DNA of 64,000 nucleotides, taken from Klebsormidium nitens. Its lineage: Eukaryota; Plantae; Klebsormidiophyceae. Below, piece after piece: positions 1-12,412 of the stretch (the stretch's first letter is position 1; each line of letters opens with the position of its first letter). The stretch spans positions 62,001-126,000 of the forward strand of contig DF237018.1 in assembly GCA_000708835.1 (NCBI GenBank). The letters run 5' to 3'. The notes beneath the pieces were generated by a model. That model had not been told where the DNA came from, ran no database searches, and saw only the letters and a program-made list of their open reading frames with translations. A program made the translations under genes and the position numbers.

Positions 1-1358
1 AAACAGAGTTCTTTAGTCAGACGCTTCGCTTTTACCCCATATCAGCGAGCCATCCGAGCATCAGAGGTATGTGCAATTCAATGAACTTTGACATATGGAC
101 CTGTATTTGGGCTCCAGTTCAGCTCAAGCGGAAGGTTTTTTCAACAGAGATTTCGCTCTCAGCTATGAGCTCAGGATGCTAAGCCCTCACACCCTGTGGC
201 AGCCTGGACTTGCTAGCCCCACCCAATTGGTCCATACGTCCGTCCTGGGCTTATCACTCGTACTCTACAATGGAGCTAACATATTACCCTTTAAGAGATT
301 GATGATTGTTCCAGCTTGCCCAAAGCTGAGTGGCTCTGAATAAAGTTGAGACGCCCAGCAAGCTCAAGTGACTGGAATGCAAGCTCACACATTTTCACAG
401 CTCACATTGCGTTGCTAAGAAAGCCCAAAGCCCCAAACAGTTCAGTGAGAGCTTATTTGAGCAGGTTGCTCTGGGAGACTGATAGTATTTGCGCATAACA
501 TGGAGAGTGCAGCAGGACTTAGACATCAATACAGGTGTTCTTCTCAGCTGGACACGTCTTAAACGATTGGGTAAACTGCAGAGCTGCGCCTTACCTCATT
601 GATGCCATCCTCAGCCATGCTCCCCACCGGCCAGTCTCCCAGAGCCTCCGCCATGCGCGCCGCCTTCTTGCTCATGGCTACTGTCCAACTAATAAGCAGT
701 TTACCCAGAGCCAACCAGCCTACCGCCTCCTTTCTTCAACTTCACTTGACTTGTTCAAGCAACATAGCGTGGAGCTCATGGACACGTTCTAGGGTTTCAG
801 CCATTTTAGGGTTCCATATTCTAGCTCAAGCAGACTTTCAAATGCGCTTCTTTCCTCAATGAAAAGTCCTCTCACCGTTGTTTCTCCATTGGTTTCATCA
901 GGATCCCTCCAATGACAACATTTGGGCTGAGATGATGCCCTTCAGGACTTTCCCTGCACTTTACCCATCTTTTCATCAGAGCTCCATTGAAACTGGTGCT
1001 GCATTTGGAATCAGAAAGAAGTTCAATGTACCTATCTGAAAGCCTATCCGGAAGGAGGTCAAAAATTGGAGAAGCTCCATATGTATGCACGCATGATGAA
1101 TCATGAAGAGACTTTTGTGAGTGTTGACAAAATCAGATTTGCTGGCTCCACTTGCCAAACTCATGCCAGCACTTTGCAAAGCGCAACCTCCGCGATGCTA
1201 TGGGCTACCATGATAAGCTATAGCCCTATCCGCCGGGCACGTGATTGCTGCATGTTGCATAGCTTATGATCGGGATGAGGAACTCATGCTGCATGAGGCC
1301 CTGTAGTTCCGGTCAGGGTTTCGAGTCGGAACGTCACGGCGGCTCACAATCTGTCACA
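1..1358 (-). mobile_element. Highly degenerate LTR-retrotransposon relic (putative 5' LTR end/PBS, gag with zinc-knuckle remnants, protease remnant)
   Basis: The minus strand reads ...TGTGACA (1358-1352, LTR-end-like), 2 nt, then TTGTGAGCCGCCGTGA (PBS-like, one mismatch from a TGG start). Stop-riddled frames follow, including LNCLGLWAFLATQC (~420-460, resembles a CCHC knuckle) and KFIELHIPLMLGWLADMG (~30-90, resembles a retropepsin C-terminal ILG.DWL strand). All of these similarities are weak and by eye. Confidence 0.3.
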
Positions 1359-1551
1359 AACGACTGGTCGTAGGGTCGCACCGGGGGGGTCAAGTAGCGT
1401 AACCGGCCTTGCAAGAGTGCACAGCTTTGGAGAACAGGGCCTTTTTCGTGAAACGGAAGGGGGGACAGAAGGGAAGCTCCGTCTCTTTGCTCGTCCTTTT
1501 TCGCGCGCACTCCAAGCAGAGCAGACGAGGCGCCCCATACCATCGGCCACC

Positions 1552-2481
1552 ATGGTGAGTTGCTTCTGCCATATGGAATGGTGCTTTTGATCTGTTGTGC
1601 TGCTTTTGCATTTTTTTAAGCTTTTGCCAGCAGGGTTTGCTTGCGGCGGCTGAGACGAGAATGGCTTTTCGCTGTTTGTTGGGGCAGCGGTTCATCAAGC
1701 TTTGCTTGTGCATGGTTCTTTCTGCTATTCCAGTGGTCTGATCTACTAAGGAGCACTTGGATACTTCGCCTGATAGGTCTCTCGCTTGACATGTGTGCAG
1801 GTTCTCTCTAACGATATTGACTTGCTACACCCTCCAGCGGACTTGGAGAAGAGGAAGCACAAGCTTAAGAGGCTGATTCCTACTGCTAACTCTTTCTTCA
1901 TGGATGTCAAGTGCCAGGGTTGCTTTAACATGTAAGTACTTTATCATCACCTTTGGAGTTGCAACCCTGCTTGACCCTCCTTTCTTACTTGTGATTTGTG
2001 CTAAGGATTCTTTCTGGTGTATACAATTGGTAATGGTATCAGCCACGTCTTGTGGGGAACAGAAGGTAGAACTCGGTGCACTGAAAGCTCCTGAAATACA
2101 GCTTTGGCGTCTTGCAGCACCGTTACCAGCAACAAATTTTTCCCCCAGATACTTGGCATAGCAGAGTGCTAGGATTGCATGAGTTGGATTTTTAGGGTCG
2201 GTTGTGTCAAGAACCAAGCTGGAGCGCTGAATTCACCAACAGTCCTTCTTTTTCATCTCATATTGTTTCTTGCAGGAATTAGATTCAGTCGTCAGCCTGC
2301 CTGCTTGTTGCTTTTGAATCGAGTGGTTTACCCGTGCTTTTTGTTTGTCTGCAGCACGACTGTGTTTAGTCACTCTCAGACCGTCGTGCTGTGCGGGAGC
2401 TGCTCCACGGTGCTTTGCCAGCCGACCGGAGGCCGGGCACGCCTAACCGAGGGTTGCTCGTTCCGGCGAAAGGGCGAGTAA
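1552..2481 (+). CDS. RPS27: 40S ribosomal protein S27 (eS27), 3 exons: 1552-1554, 1801-1931, 2355-2481
   Basis: ATG|GTGAGT, then [45 protein letters not shown]|[41 protein letters not shown]. Introns are canonical GT-AG with consistent phases, and the C4 zinc ribbon is intact. Confidence 0.97.
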
Positions 2482-4464
2482 GCAGCAGGCCAAGAAGCAT
2501 GTAAGATAACCTGGTAGCGGAGTCGTTGATGGGGACAATGCTTGGACGTGAAGGGGCCCAAAGTTGCGGGACAGCGCGGAAAATGGAGCAGCTGCAATTG
2601 GAGCGAGAGAGCGGGCGAGGCGGCCCCCCAGGGGGGGTAAGGCCAGAGAGGGCTTTGTTGTATAGGCGCCTGAGGGCTCTGGATGGCGGGGTCAGGGTCA
2701 GGCGGGGATTAGTTTGTAGGGAGCATGGGCCAGGAGCGGTTTAGACGACCTCTCTGGATGGCAGGTAGAGGGAAGGATGACAAAGACGCTCCAACCTTGG
2801 GACCATGCAAACACAGTTAAGCAAGGTTCGCATCATCCAAGCCGTGTTGTGCATCACGTTTTGCTTTTGCCGTATGGTGCTCCAATTCTTTGCCGCATGA
2901 GAGATATTGTCTTTGCAAGTGCAACCCTTCTGCTCTGGCTTCTCGAATAACAGTTCGTGTTTGCTGAAGCATGCTCCATTTTCTGATGCTTGCCTAGGGT
3001 TTTTGGGTTCCTTATGCTCCAAGGCATTGCTTTTTCCTTGATTCTTGTGAGGTCTAGTGTTCGCTCCAGCCTGTAAAATTATACCATCCCTTCGAGAAAA
3101 GAGAGGTGTGCAGTTGCTATATGTATCTGTTGGGACTTGAAATCTCGGATTTCAGTTCTTGGATTCCTCGCTTGGAAGAGGTTCATTTCAGTTGGTTGGT
3201 TCAAGTTAGATCGAATCCTCGGGGTGCAGATTAGCTTTCAGATGTTAGGGGTGTTTGTGGTGGTCACTTTCGGCCGATTGCTGTCAGTGGAAAGGTGTAG
3301 GATTATTTCTGCAGTACTTTTTCCTTGAATGCGTGAGGCTCCTGTTCCTGAGTGGCATCCTCTTTCAAATGAGGATAATTGTCGGCTGAGTTTTGTTTGC
3401 CAATTATGGCATGGCGGTAGCGGCACAGTGTTGTTGAATTAGCTGTGTCATAGCCTTCCTCTAGTTGTATTGCTGGTATAATACTTATCATGATTCATGT
3501 CTTTCCTTAAGTGATTTGTGCAGCTGAACTGCGCTGGTTGTAAAGGAGATTGAGGTTGTTCTGCCTTTTGTTCCATGGTCCAAGTGGCATGCTTGCACTG
3601 ATTGCTCAGATTCAGTTCTGTGTTCTTTGGCATGCCCAGGCTGTCGGTTGCCGCCAGCTTCTGTCTGGTTTGGATCTTGTGCTTTGCTGCTTTGTGTGGT
3701 CACTGGTCAGAGATATACCTAGACAGGGAAACCCCTTTAATCCGTTTGCCTGGAGAGGCTCTGCCACAATCTCGCACCTGCATGGTTTGCTGTTGTTGCT
3801 CTGGCATAAGAGCAGCGACATTCTGTTTCGCTCTTTTCATGCAAAACCGTGCTGCAGGAGGTGCTTCCTCTCCGCTTTAGATAGCAACTTGCAATGCTTA
3901 TGTTTTGTGGGTGATGTCGGTCTGCAATAATTTAGAGCTCTGCCAGTGCACATGCAGATCTGTGCACATGTGCCAAATGCACGCGCTGTCATACGACAGC
4001 AGGTGTGTTCTATATTTTCCACAACTCTTATCCATATTCTGATTGTGGGACAAGCTGCTATAGATATTCACACGGTAGCCAACAGTAAGCAGTAATACAT
4101 ACTTCATACAAAAAAAATGTGGCTATACAGGCAGATACCAGATTCACTTATGTACATTGACAGCTATTCCATCATAAGCTAGTAAATGCGGTCTGGAGGT
4201 GTGAATAGTATCATATTCTGCATCAGTATCAACCAAGTGGTTTTGCAGAACTGATATGTATCATGCATGGTCATTACAGCCCTTGCCCTTACAACCGTTT
4301 AGAAATTTGTTCGCCATGCCATGTCTAAGTAGCACCAGGAATGGCCAAAAAACTGCATGATACGGTAACAGCCGAGCACAAGGATTCCTCCCTGCAGGTG
4401 CTTCATGACCATCACTGCGTGATCTTGGAGAATACCGGCATACTTGCAGCCGCTGCAAAACCGC

Positions 4465-7400
4465 TCATGCCTTCTTCTTGCCCTTGCCTCTTGGTGCTGC
4501 TGGCGCCTTGCTTTCTTTTCGTGCCACCTTCGCCTTTCCCTTTGCTTGGGACGCAGCTTTTCGCTTGACCCCCGGGATCGCAGCAGCGTCCTGCACTTCT
4601 GCTCCTTGTGCGTCCTCCTCTCCCTCATCTTCCAATGCAATAGCACCATCGTCCACTGCGCAGAAGAGCAAAACATTCTCAAGTCTTTGGGTGAGATGTG
4701 AACAAGATAGAGAGCCGACCACTAGCTTGGCTTCGGATTGGCTGCATATGTAAGCGCAGGAAGCACTGAAAGAATGGCAAAGTCTCCCACTCCAGGGGCA
4801 ACAACGAAAGCAAACCTTCCCCAATCGCGCTCAACGACCCATCATGTCTGCAAAGCTCGTACACTGAAGACATCTTAGATTGCAGCAATGATCACCACAT
4901 ACTCTGCCTGTCCACTCCGCATTTGAACCTCTTTCTCGCACCATCAGAACTCGAGTTGTTGCAACGACGGAAGGACACCGGAGCTTCACCTGCCACCACG
5001 TCGTTTTCTGCTGGCGCGCCTTCGGCTGCCCCCGCCCTGACACGTGGCTTGACCGCTTTGGCCCCCATGTCCAGCATGACGCTCGACTTGACCGCGTGCT
5101 GTGCAGCGTTAGCAGTGCACTGCCGCGTAAAATGGGCTTTCACCTGCGCTGACACGCCCTCCAGGGGGTCCCCTTTGCCCTGCAAAACATGGGGGGCCTT
5201 CGTCTGGATCTTGTGGACATACCCGCTGACAAGGTTCTCGTACCGTGCATACTAGTCCCATACGAAGCACCTTACAGTTGCTCGGCAAATTGGCCCAACA
5301 CTGTTAGGAGGCGACCTTTGACGCGGGGACAAAAGCAGCGAATGACGGGGGCTTCAGCATACGCTCACCGCTAGCTTGCCCAGGTCCAGCATGTTGCCCC
5401 AGTCTTCCCGCGTGAGTGAGTACTCGTTCATCAGCTCGATCACCGGCTCCACCCCGTCCTGCACGGGGCAAGCAAGTGTCGCACTGTCAGCCCATCCTTT
5501 CTTGGTGCTATCTGCGAACCTTGGTGGCCTCGTTTGTCGCACGAAATCCTCTCCTGTTCTCCAAGGAAAAAACAAAACCCCACGAAACGCAGGTGAAATT
5601 GTTGAGATCGATGCAGGAAGTGGTTGTGCTTCCGTCAAAGTTGCTGCCTTCGTTCAAGATTGCAGTTTGAAGGAACGGCTATTTCTTGGATATTCTCGCA
5701 CCGAGGCTTGCGCCCTAAAGGGACATGCTGCTTTCGGTGAGTCAGACAGGAGCCCTTGTGCCGTATGAAGGCGCTCTTACCTTGTCGTATTTTCGAAGCG
5801 GCATCGTCAGCAAAGCGCTCAGAATGGGGACGTAGTCCTGGCGGACCGCGCTCCTGGGCAGCAACAACAGAGAGTGCTTTCAGCAACAACGCAGGGAGAA
5901 TAATAAGATTGTCAACAACCCGTCACACCACGTTGTGAGTCGTGACTTCGCTTTTTTGCAGGCAAGCAGATGACATTATGAGTCGAGAAGTGAAGCGGAA
6001 AAGCGTCGTCCCAACAAAACAATCCGTAAGGCAGCCTGATAACCTTACAAAAAAGAGGTCAAACGGACAAGCGTGGTCACAACAGAACGGACGCCCGTAC
6101 GCCGCAGAACGTTTCGGGGGATGCAAGTAGAGAACTGCAGGGACCAGTGGCTGACCTGGAGGCGGAGCAGTTGCCGGAGACGAGCATGTGCGTCTGCAGC
6201 TCCGAGAGGATGCGGCTGTTCTTGTTGGCGCTCGAATTCTTGCCCAGCCACGCGCTGAACCGGTTGAAGTTGCGCTCATTCTGCGCCACAGTTCATTATC
6301 CATTTATGCATAAATGTTGTTTGAGTTGTCGGACGAAGCGAAAGCACTCTGCAGAATAACAGGCCCTGGCAGCAGAGCTGCACACTGCTCGCACACGGCG
6401 CTGGACTTCGCTCCGACGCTTTCATACCATTGCTGACTTCAGAGCTCTTCGTCATTCGGCACAACCAGATTCCGGCCGGGATTCCCTTCTCAGAATTGAG
6501 TTCCCAATCAAAGTTTCTTTTAGGCTGGGCCAGGCAACTGAGCTTGTCAAAACTCAGTGTCATGTCTTGTCATGTCAAAAGTCAAGTCAGTTCTTACCGG
6601 CAGCAGCGGTTCCCGTTGACCACGGATATGGGCACAACTGCAGGCAAAACGACAACAGTACAGCATCCATTCAGGATCAGTCCTAGAGCGCAATACACTG
6701 CAGCAGACCCTCCAAGCCGCTCGTCGAAGCACTCTTGGCGATACGCGCCTTTTCACCTTGCGCATTGCCGGTCTCAACTCAGGCCAAATTTGTCTCATCC
6801 AAAATCTGCAGAAAAGAGCGTCTCCCAGCAAGCGACTGAGGCACCCTCAGATCGCCACGTGTGAACAACCCACGTGGCATCGCGTGCCACGTGTCGGGCT
6901 CCCGTCTCACCTCGCGACGGTGGACGTGACGCAGCCAAAGGGCATGAGATCCCAGCGGCCGCGCCCGCGCACTTGCCGGCTGACGAGGTCCCCGTCGCTG
7001 ATCCAATCGGAACACGAGGCAAGCGCATCCATCCGGTCAAGCCCGCCCCGGCTCGGCCGGAAGTTGACGTAGTTCTCCTGCGAGCCCGGATTGTTGGTCG
7101 ATCTTGAACACTAGGGAAGTCCGAGTCTGACGTCCGATGCGGAGAGTGACGGAACTGGGTGCATTTCGGCTAAGTTTTTCAGGAGTCAAGTTTGGGTGCA
7201 GTGATGAGGGGATTGTGTAATCTCGCTGTAGACGAGGCAGGAGACGGAGTGAATTGAAACAGGAGCCGCAAATGCAGGGGACTGCAGTAGCGGAACGAGG
7301 GTAGGTCTTTAAGGATTGCAGCCCGTACCCAATCTACCCCTTTTTCATGTAAACTTGCACCCTACATTCACATTTGAGCCAGGGCACGCATAATCAAGCG

Positions 7401-10400
7401 GGCGTTTTTTACCTGCACCATGAGCGGCAGCAGGTCTGCGTCTGCGAAAGCGAGATTGATCTGGTCCGAAAGTGACAGCTGGACGGCGGATGGGGAGAAG
7501 AGCCTGCGCAAAAAACAATCCACGGGTTTCCGTGAGAGAGTCGAACGGATCGATCATAGCGGCCAGACCTGCAGATTCGTTGGTGAAATCTGAAAGAGCC
7601 TGATGGGTGTACCAATACCTAGATCATCCAATCTCTTTTTTTGTATATCCCGAGGTTTTGAAACATATGGGCGAACCGGATTGGCGGGGCTTTGCTTAAA
7701 CAAACCACACCAAGGTATAAATATCGGAACGGCTTCTTTCCCGCTAAATTGGTCCTAACCTGTCGGTGACGTTGAAAGGTGAGAGGTCGACGTCCTTAGC
7801 GCCGGTCCGCATCTTTGACTGGACGTCCGAGTAGTTGAGGGAGGTGCTGCGGACACGCATGAACTGCAGAAAACGGCCCGGGTCTTCTTATCCTTATATG
7901 TACACCATTGAAGACAGCTGGATGATTAAGGGTAGGGCATGTGCTCTATGGATGCAATCGTTCTGCGCTATCCTTGGAATTGGAAAATTTCTTCGAAGTT
8001 CTTCCCTCTTCCGCTGCACACAAGAGCTTCGCCGGCTTTGTATCGGCACAGCTCAGATGGCCTGCTTCGACGATAGGCACAAGCAAAGGAAGCACGTTCA
8101 CAGTACCTTGACTCGGATCCATTCTCGAGTTCAGGTCAAGGAGCATAACGATCGTTGAGTATGAGCAGGTTAACGAGGGTTTGCGCTCACTTGCAGGTGG
8201 TTCAACGCGAGCCGGATGTCGCACTGCACAGACTCCACCAGTGCGTCGAGCGCCCTCTGAACGGAAGGAACGGCAAGAGATTGGAAGCACGTCCAGGGTT
8301 TATCACCGCTGTTTCTGTCAAAGAGGTGACTACGATCGTCCCCACCAGTTGAGCAGTGAGCGCTATCAAAGACCTGATAACTTCCAGGTGTAATTAGAAG
8401 CGGAGACTCGGCAGGCTGACAGAATGAGGTCTTTCGCTGAATCCTGCGCGTTAGCTCCTTTGTCTTGCTGAAATCGCCTTGGCCTTGCAGCACATATACC
8501 GAGAAACCTTCATTCATTACAGACTCAAATCGACGTCGTTGCCGTACGTCAACGACTCACCCATTTGAGCTCCAGAATTGGAAGCTGAATCATGCTACAA
8601 TTGACACTCAAAGCAAGGCTGGTCCCCCCGCCCCCTCACCTCCTCAACGTGCATGCCTTCTTTCCCGGCCACCTCCGCGAGCCTCCGCGCAATCTGCTGC
8701 TTGTTCGGCTTCTGGAAGTTCAACTCCATACAGTGCCCCACTAGCGACTTGATCTTCTGGTTGTACTTGTCATTGCATATGCAGATGATCGGAATCTTGC
8801 TCTTCTGAATGCTCTGAATCAAGTCCTGGACACCCCCTCGGTCGCCGCCCGACATCCCGTCTACTTCGTCCATAATGAGCGCGAGCTTCTTGCCGCTCCC
8901 CGAGAGCGACCGGTTAGTAATCAGCTCCTTGACCATGTTGGAAGTCGACCCGCCCATGCCCTTCTGTACGTCCCTGTCAGCTTTCCCACGCGCATCGCTT
9001 GCGTTTACCTGCGGAGTTGAGGGTCTCCACTTACAATCTACTTATCGCACTTGTTTGGCATCTCAGTGCCAGTGTCGCAAGTAGCTGCAGTTCGAAACGC
9101 GCAGCCTCTGACAACAAATTGCAGCTCGTCTGCTTCTCCTCACTGTTTAGAAAAGCGGTCCGAATCAAAAGACTGGAGACTTTGAAGGTACTGCATATGG
9201 TCAAGATGTACCCCAATTTGTTCTCTCAGAAGGAGGATGATTGACAAAGGTCCATTATTGGCGATAAGATCAGCTGATGCAGGCAGTAAGGCCATCGAAG
9301 GTCTTCCAGGCAAATAGGTCCGACTCGAGGCCGCACCTCCCAGGCATGCCCCCTACAACCCGAGAGGTCGTCTCTAGCAAGTTTGCAACCTAACAGAGGC
9401 ATCGAGGCTGGCTCCGACCGAACAGGTTCGACCACCTCTACTCGCACCTAGTCTTTCCTCCAAACGGAGCCCCTCACCTCCATCACCTCATAGCCCATTT
9501 CTTCACACAAAATGGTCGCTGCGCTCGTTTTCCCCAGCCCCGGGGGCCCACTCAGCAGCGCGGCCTTCTTCTCATCATCGGCGTTGTTTTTTCCACCCCC
9601 CCAGCCCCGGCCCCCTCCGCTGCCGCTGGCGCCTTTCTTTCCGCCCTTGGGAAGTGCAGGTTGTAGGTGGCGACTCTCCCACTTGACCAGCCATTCTCGC
9701 AACCGGTAGATCTGTGGAACAAAAGAGAGCTTCTTGATGATGTGAAATTGACTGCGGAGTCGATGACGACTGCTTACAAAGGGAGGGGTATAAGTCACTC
9801 ACTCAACAACGCACCAGTTCGAGTTGGCTCTGAGCCTGCAAGGTACACATTTGTTTGCGTCCTAGATCAAGTGAATGGGGTAAAAGTTTGAAAGATGACA
9901 AAACTCGACTTCCATAACAAGAGGTAGGTTATTGTCACAACTCAAAGTCCGAGAAGCCAGTAGTCATCTGTGTGGTTCGTTGAGCCTGCTCCCCTGTATT
10001 CGAGACAAAACTGTGCTGGCCAGGAATGAGACAACCTCAATCCGGCTCCCACTGGACCAAGATTTCAGCGGGATGTCCCACCTGGTTCCCATTCCCCACC
10101 AGCTCCGCCACCTTCCTAGGCCTGTGCTTTGTCGTCCACAGCTCGTTGATTGCCTCCTTCCGACCTTCTGCCGCGACCACCTTGCCCTTTCCTTTATCCA
10201 CAGCGATACTGCACGGCGCCAGTGGCTGTAGAAGGCCCCCTGACTGGCTCTGTGGTGGATTTGGCGGTCTGGCGGAGGTGTGAGAAGGGCCGGGCTGCAG
10301 TGGGGCGGGTCTGCTGTGCTGTGCTGCCATTGCTGCGGCTGCCGCGCCCATGTATGGCCGTCGCAGATTGCTTCCACCTGGCACCCCATTCTGAAACCGT

Positions 10401-11529
10401 GCAGCATTCGGACTCCCGCCAAGCCCGTTCTCTCGAAGCACATCATTGGAGCCAATTCTCTTATGCTCAGACGCTAACAACCCGTTCTGCAGCTGAGAGG
10501 TGCTTTGGGGGGCCGTCTCTAGCGAAAACGAGCTGCTTTGCCCTCGCCCATTTGCCGTGGAGGGCTTGTAGCCTGTGACTGGGGTCACCTCGAGCTCTGT
10601 TTTCTCAGTGGGGGATGGAGTTACTGGGTGCACTGGGCTGGCTGCTACTTTCTGAGGGGAAGCGCGGGTGGAGCGTCTCAGGCCTGAGTCTGGTGTTGGA
10701 TGGGCTCCGTTGGAGGTGCCAGCAGCGCCGGGCACAACTCTTTCAAGATGCAAGCTGGCTTTGCGGGGGGAGATGTCGGCAGCTGGGGGCTCCACACGGG
10801 GTCTCTTGGTGGGGCCCTGCAACACAGCAGTCTGTAGAGATTCAACTTGACTAGCAGGGTCAACTTAGCCAAGGACGCCCCAATCCAAGCAGGCGGAGAG
10901 AGGCCTCTGCGATCGGGGATCATTGCTGAGCCTCTTGAATCTCGTCCACAAGTTGCCACTCAAAAGCTGGAGGTGTTGAAAATCCTAAGACCAGCTTATG
11001 TCCTACACAATGCTGGCCATCAAGAGTAAAGAGGCGCAAAGTCTCAGCACTTCACATAGAAACCATCTGACTTTGTCATACCTCAAGTTGCAAGTTGTCC
11101 TCGTCCTTCCCATTGCCGGTGGTGACACTTTCTTTCCGCTTCTCAGCAGACCCATTATTGTTGAAGAACTTGGACCCTACAGCATACTTGCTTGTTTGCC
11201 CCTTAGGCCCGAAGAATGATCGGATGTCCATGTGTTCCTGCAATTCCCATTGTGCTTGTCACAGGACGACCAACAAACCATGAGATCACAGCAAGTGGCA
11301 CATTCTAAAATACCAGTTGCTTAGCTTTATGACAAGTGCAAGAGAACAATGACCAATGAAGTCAGTTGATAACATTGTGTTTGGAACTTGGGCCTTCCGC
11401 GTGATACATGTTGACTGCACCTCAAGGGAGCAATTTCCTCTGGTGTGCAATGCAATTAATGGCGATAAGGGAAGCAACATTCTTCCACTCACAAGCAGTA
11501 TGCGCTCTCTGGCGGCCTCCCTCGCTCAT
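4465..11529 (-). CDS. RFC1: Replication factor C large subunit-like (RFC1 family AAA+ clamp loader), ~15 exons, no BRCT domain
   Basis: Spliced exons give WTTKHRP (~10130), Walker A GPPGLGKT (~9540), VNASDARG (~9000), Walker B IMDEVD with ICICND (8640-8900) and [10 protein letters not shown] (~8200). The RFC1 C-terminal pieces are [10 protein letters not shown] (~7760-7865), [13 protein letters not shown] (~7410-7505), [15 protein letters not shown] (~6910-7077), [16 protein letters not shown] (~6170-6285), DYVPIL (~5780-5855) and [19 protein letters not shown] (~5370-5460), with a basic tail ending at 4465. Phase-consistent 5' exons 11529-11493 and 11176-11082 join exon 10816-10082; the start assignment is less certain than the core. 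Confidence 0.9.
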
Positions 11530-11900
11530 CAAAGGCTCCGACCAAGTTCTGCAGCCCGCCTACGACCTTCTTGTGTTGGACTTGCCTAAACAAGCCCCTG
11601 AACGTCCCTGGTCAAGCGCCCTACCTAAACTCAGAGGCCAGAACTTGAAGCTCTACCTAGAGCCTGAGGACCACGTTCCCATCCTCTAACCTCAAACTTA
11701 AAGCCTCAGTCCAATGCCAATGCCAATGGCGAAGGAGTCATGCCAACGGCCTGCCCTTGCTGGGCTCGGATTGCCTGCGCTGAATTTTGATCGTGCTTTT
11801 GCAGACAAAGTGCTCGGGACAAAAGTGCTCTTCCACGTGGTACATCATCGACGGCTATACGTAGGCACTAGTGCTCCATCGAGGGCTCAGCGACGAGAAA

Positions 11901-11908
11901 TTTGGCGC
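11901..11908 (+). promoter_or_regulatory. E2F-type site TTTGGCGC in the RFC1/FUT divergent intergenic region
   Basis: Exact match to the TTTSSCGC consensus about 370 bp upstream of the inferred RFC1 ATG. Replication genes are known E2F targets, but such an 8-mer is expected several times per 64 kb by chance. Confidence 0.3.
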
Positions 11909-12412
11909 GCCATCAGCTTGCAAATTCTTACCGGGCACATGTTCCATTCGAACGACACCCTGACACTTATCAACAGTGAACTGTGAAGGCACTCACATGT
12001 ACAGTCACACTGATCAGTGAAGTGCATTGCTCATTATTCTTCAAATTTGGGGAAGAACACTTGCTCAGCCCTCACAATTGCTGACCATTGCTCATTGATG
12101 TTTGAGGAGGCATCTGCCCAGAGTCAGATCAGTCCAACCTTGTCACAACCACCAACAACAATGTTTTTGACGACCTAAAGATAGATTTTTCTACCTCGTT
12201 GCGTCAAACAAATGCACAACAAATGCACAACGTAGACAACTACCTTCCACAACGTAGACAGCTACCTTCCGCTCCTCTTTGAGAGACTTCCTCAAACATC
12301 TTGCAGCTTGAGAGAACAATGAAGTCTTCTTTCAAGCACACGCTGAAGAACAGCGCCTGCTTGGTGGACCATACCAAAACTGTGAAAGCTTTCAAAACAG
12401 TCCTGAGCAGCG

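Noticed and set aside
1932-2354. Possible intronic snoRNA in RPS27 intron 2
   Set aside because: No convincing box C/D pair with terminal stem or H/ACA architecture by eye.
2685-2710. G-rich tract ggcggggtcagggtcaggcgggg downstream of RPS27
   Set aside because: Only three G3+ runs, so at best a weak G-quadruplex in a GC-rich genome.
2750-4460. Many short ORFs between RPS27 and RFC1
   Set aside because: No homology-like motifs; most consistent with convergent 3' UTRs or intergenic DNA.
10026-10959. Several plus- and minus-strand ORFs of 60-163 aa
   Set aside because: They overlap the RFC1 N-terminal exon in other frames or strands.
12205-12272. Short tandem duplications (aaatgcacaac x2, caacgtagaca.ctaccttcc x2); similar ones at ~25450-25500 and ~57115-57160
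   Set aside because: Ordinary slippage duplications with no spacer-repeat periodicity, so not CRISPR-like.
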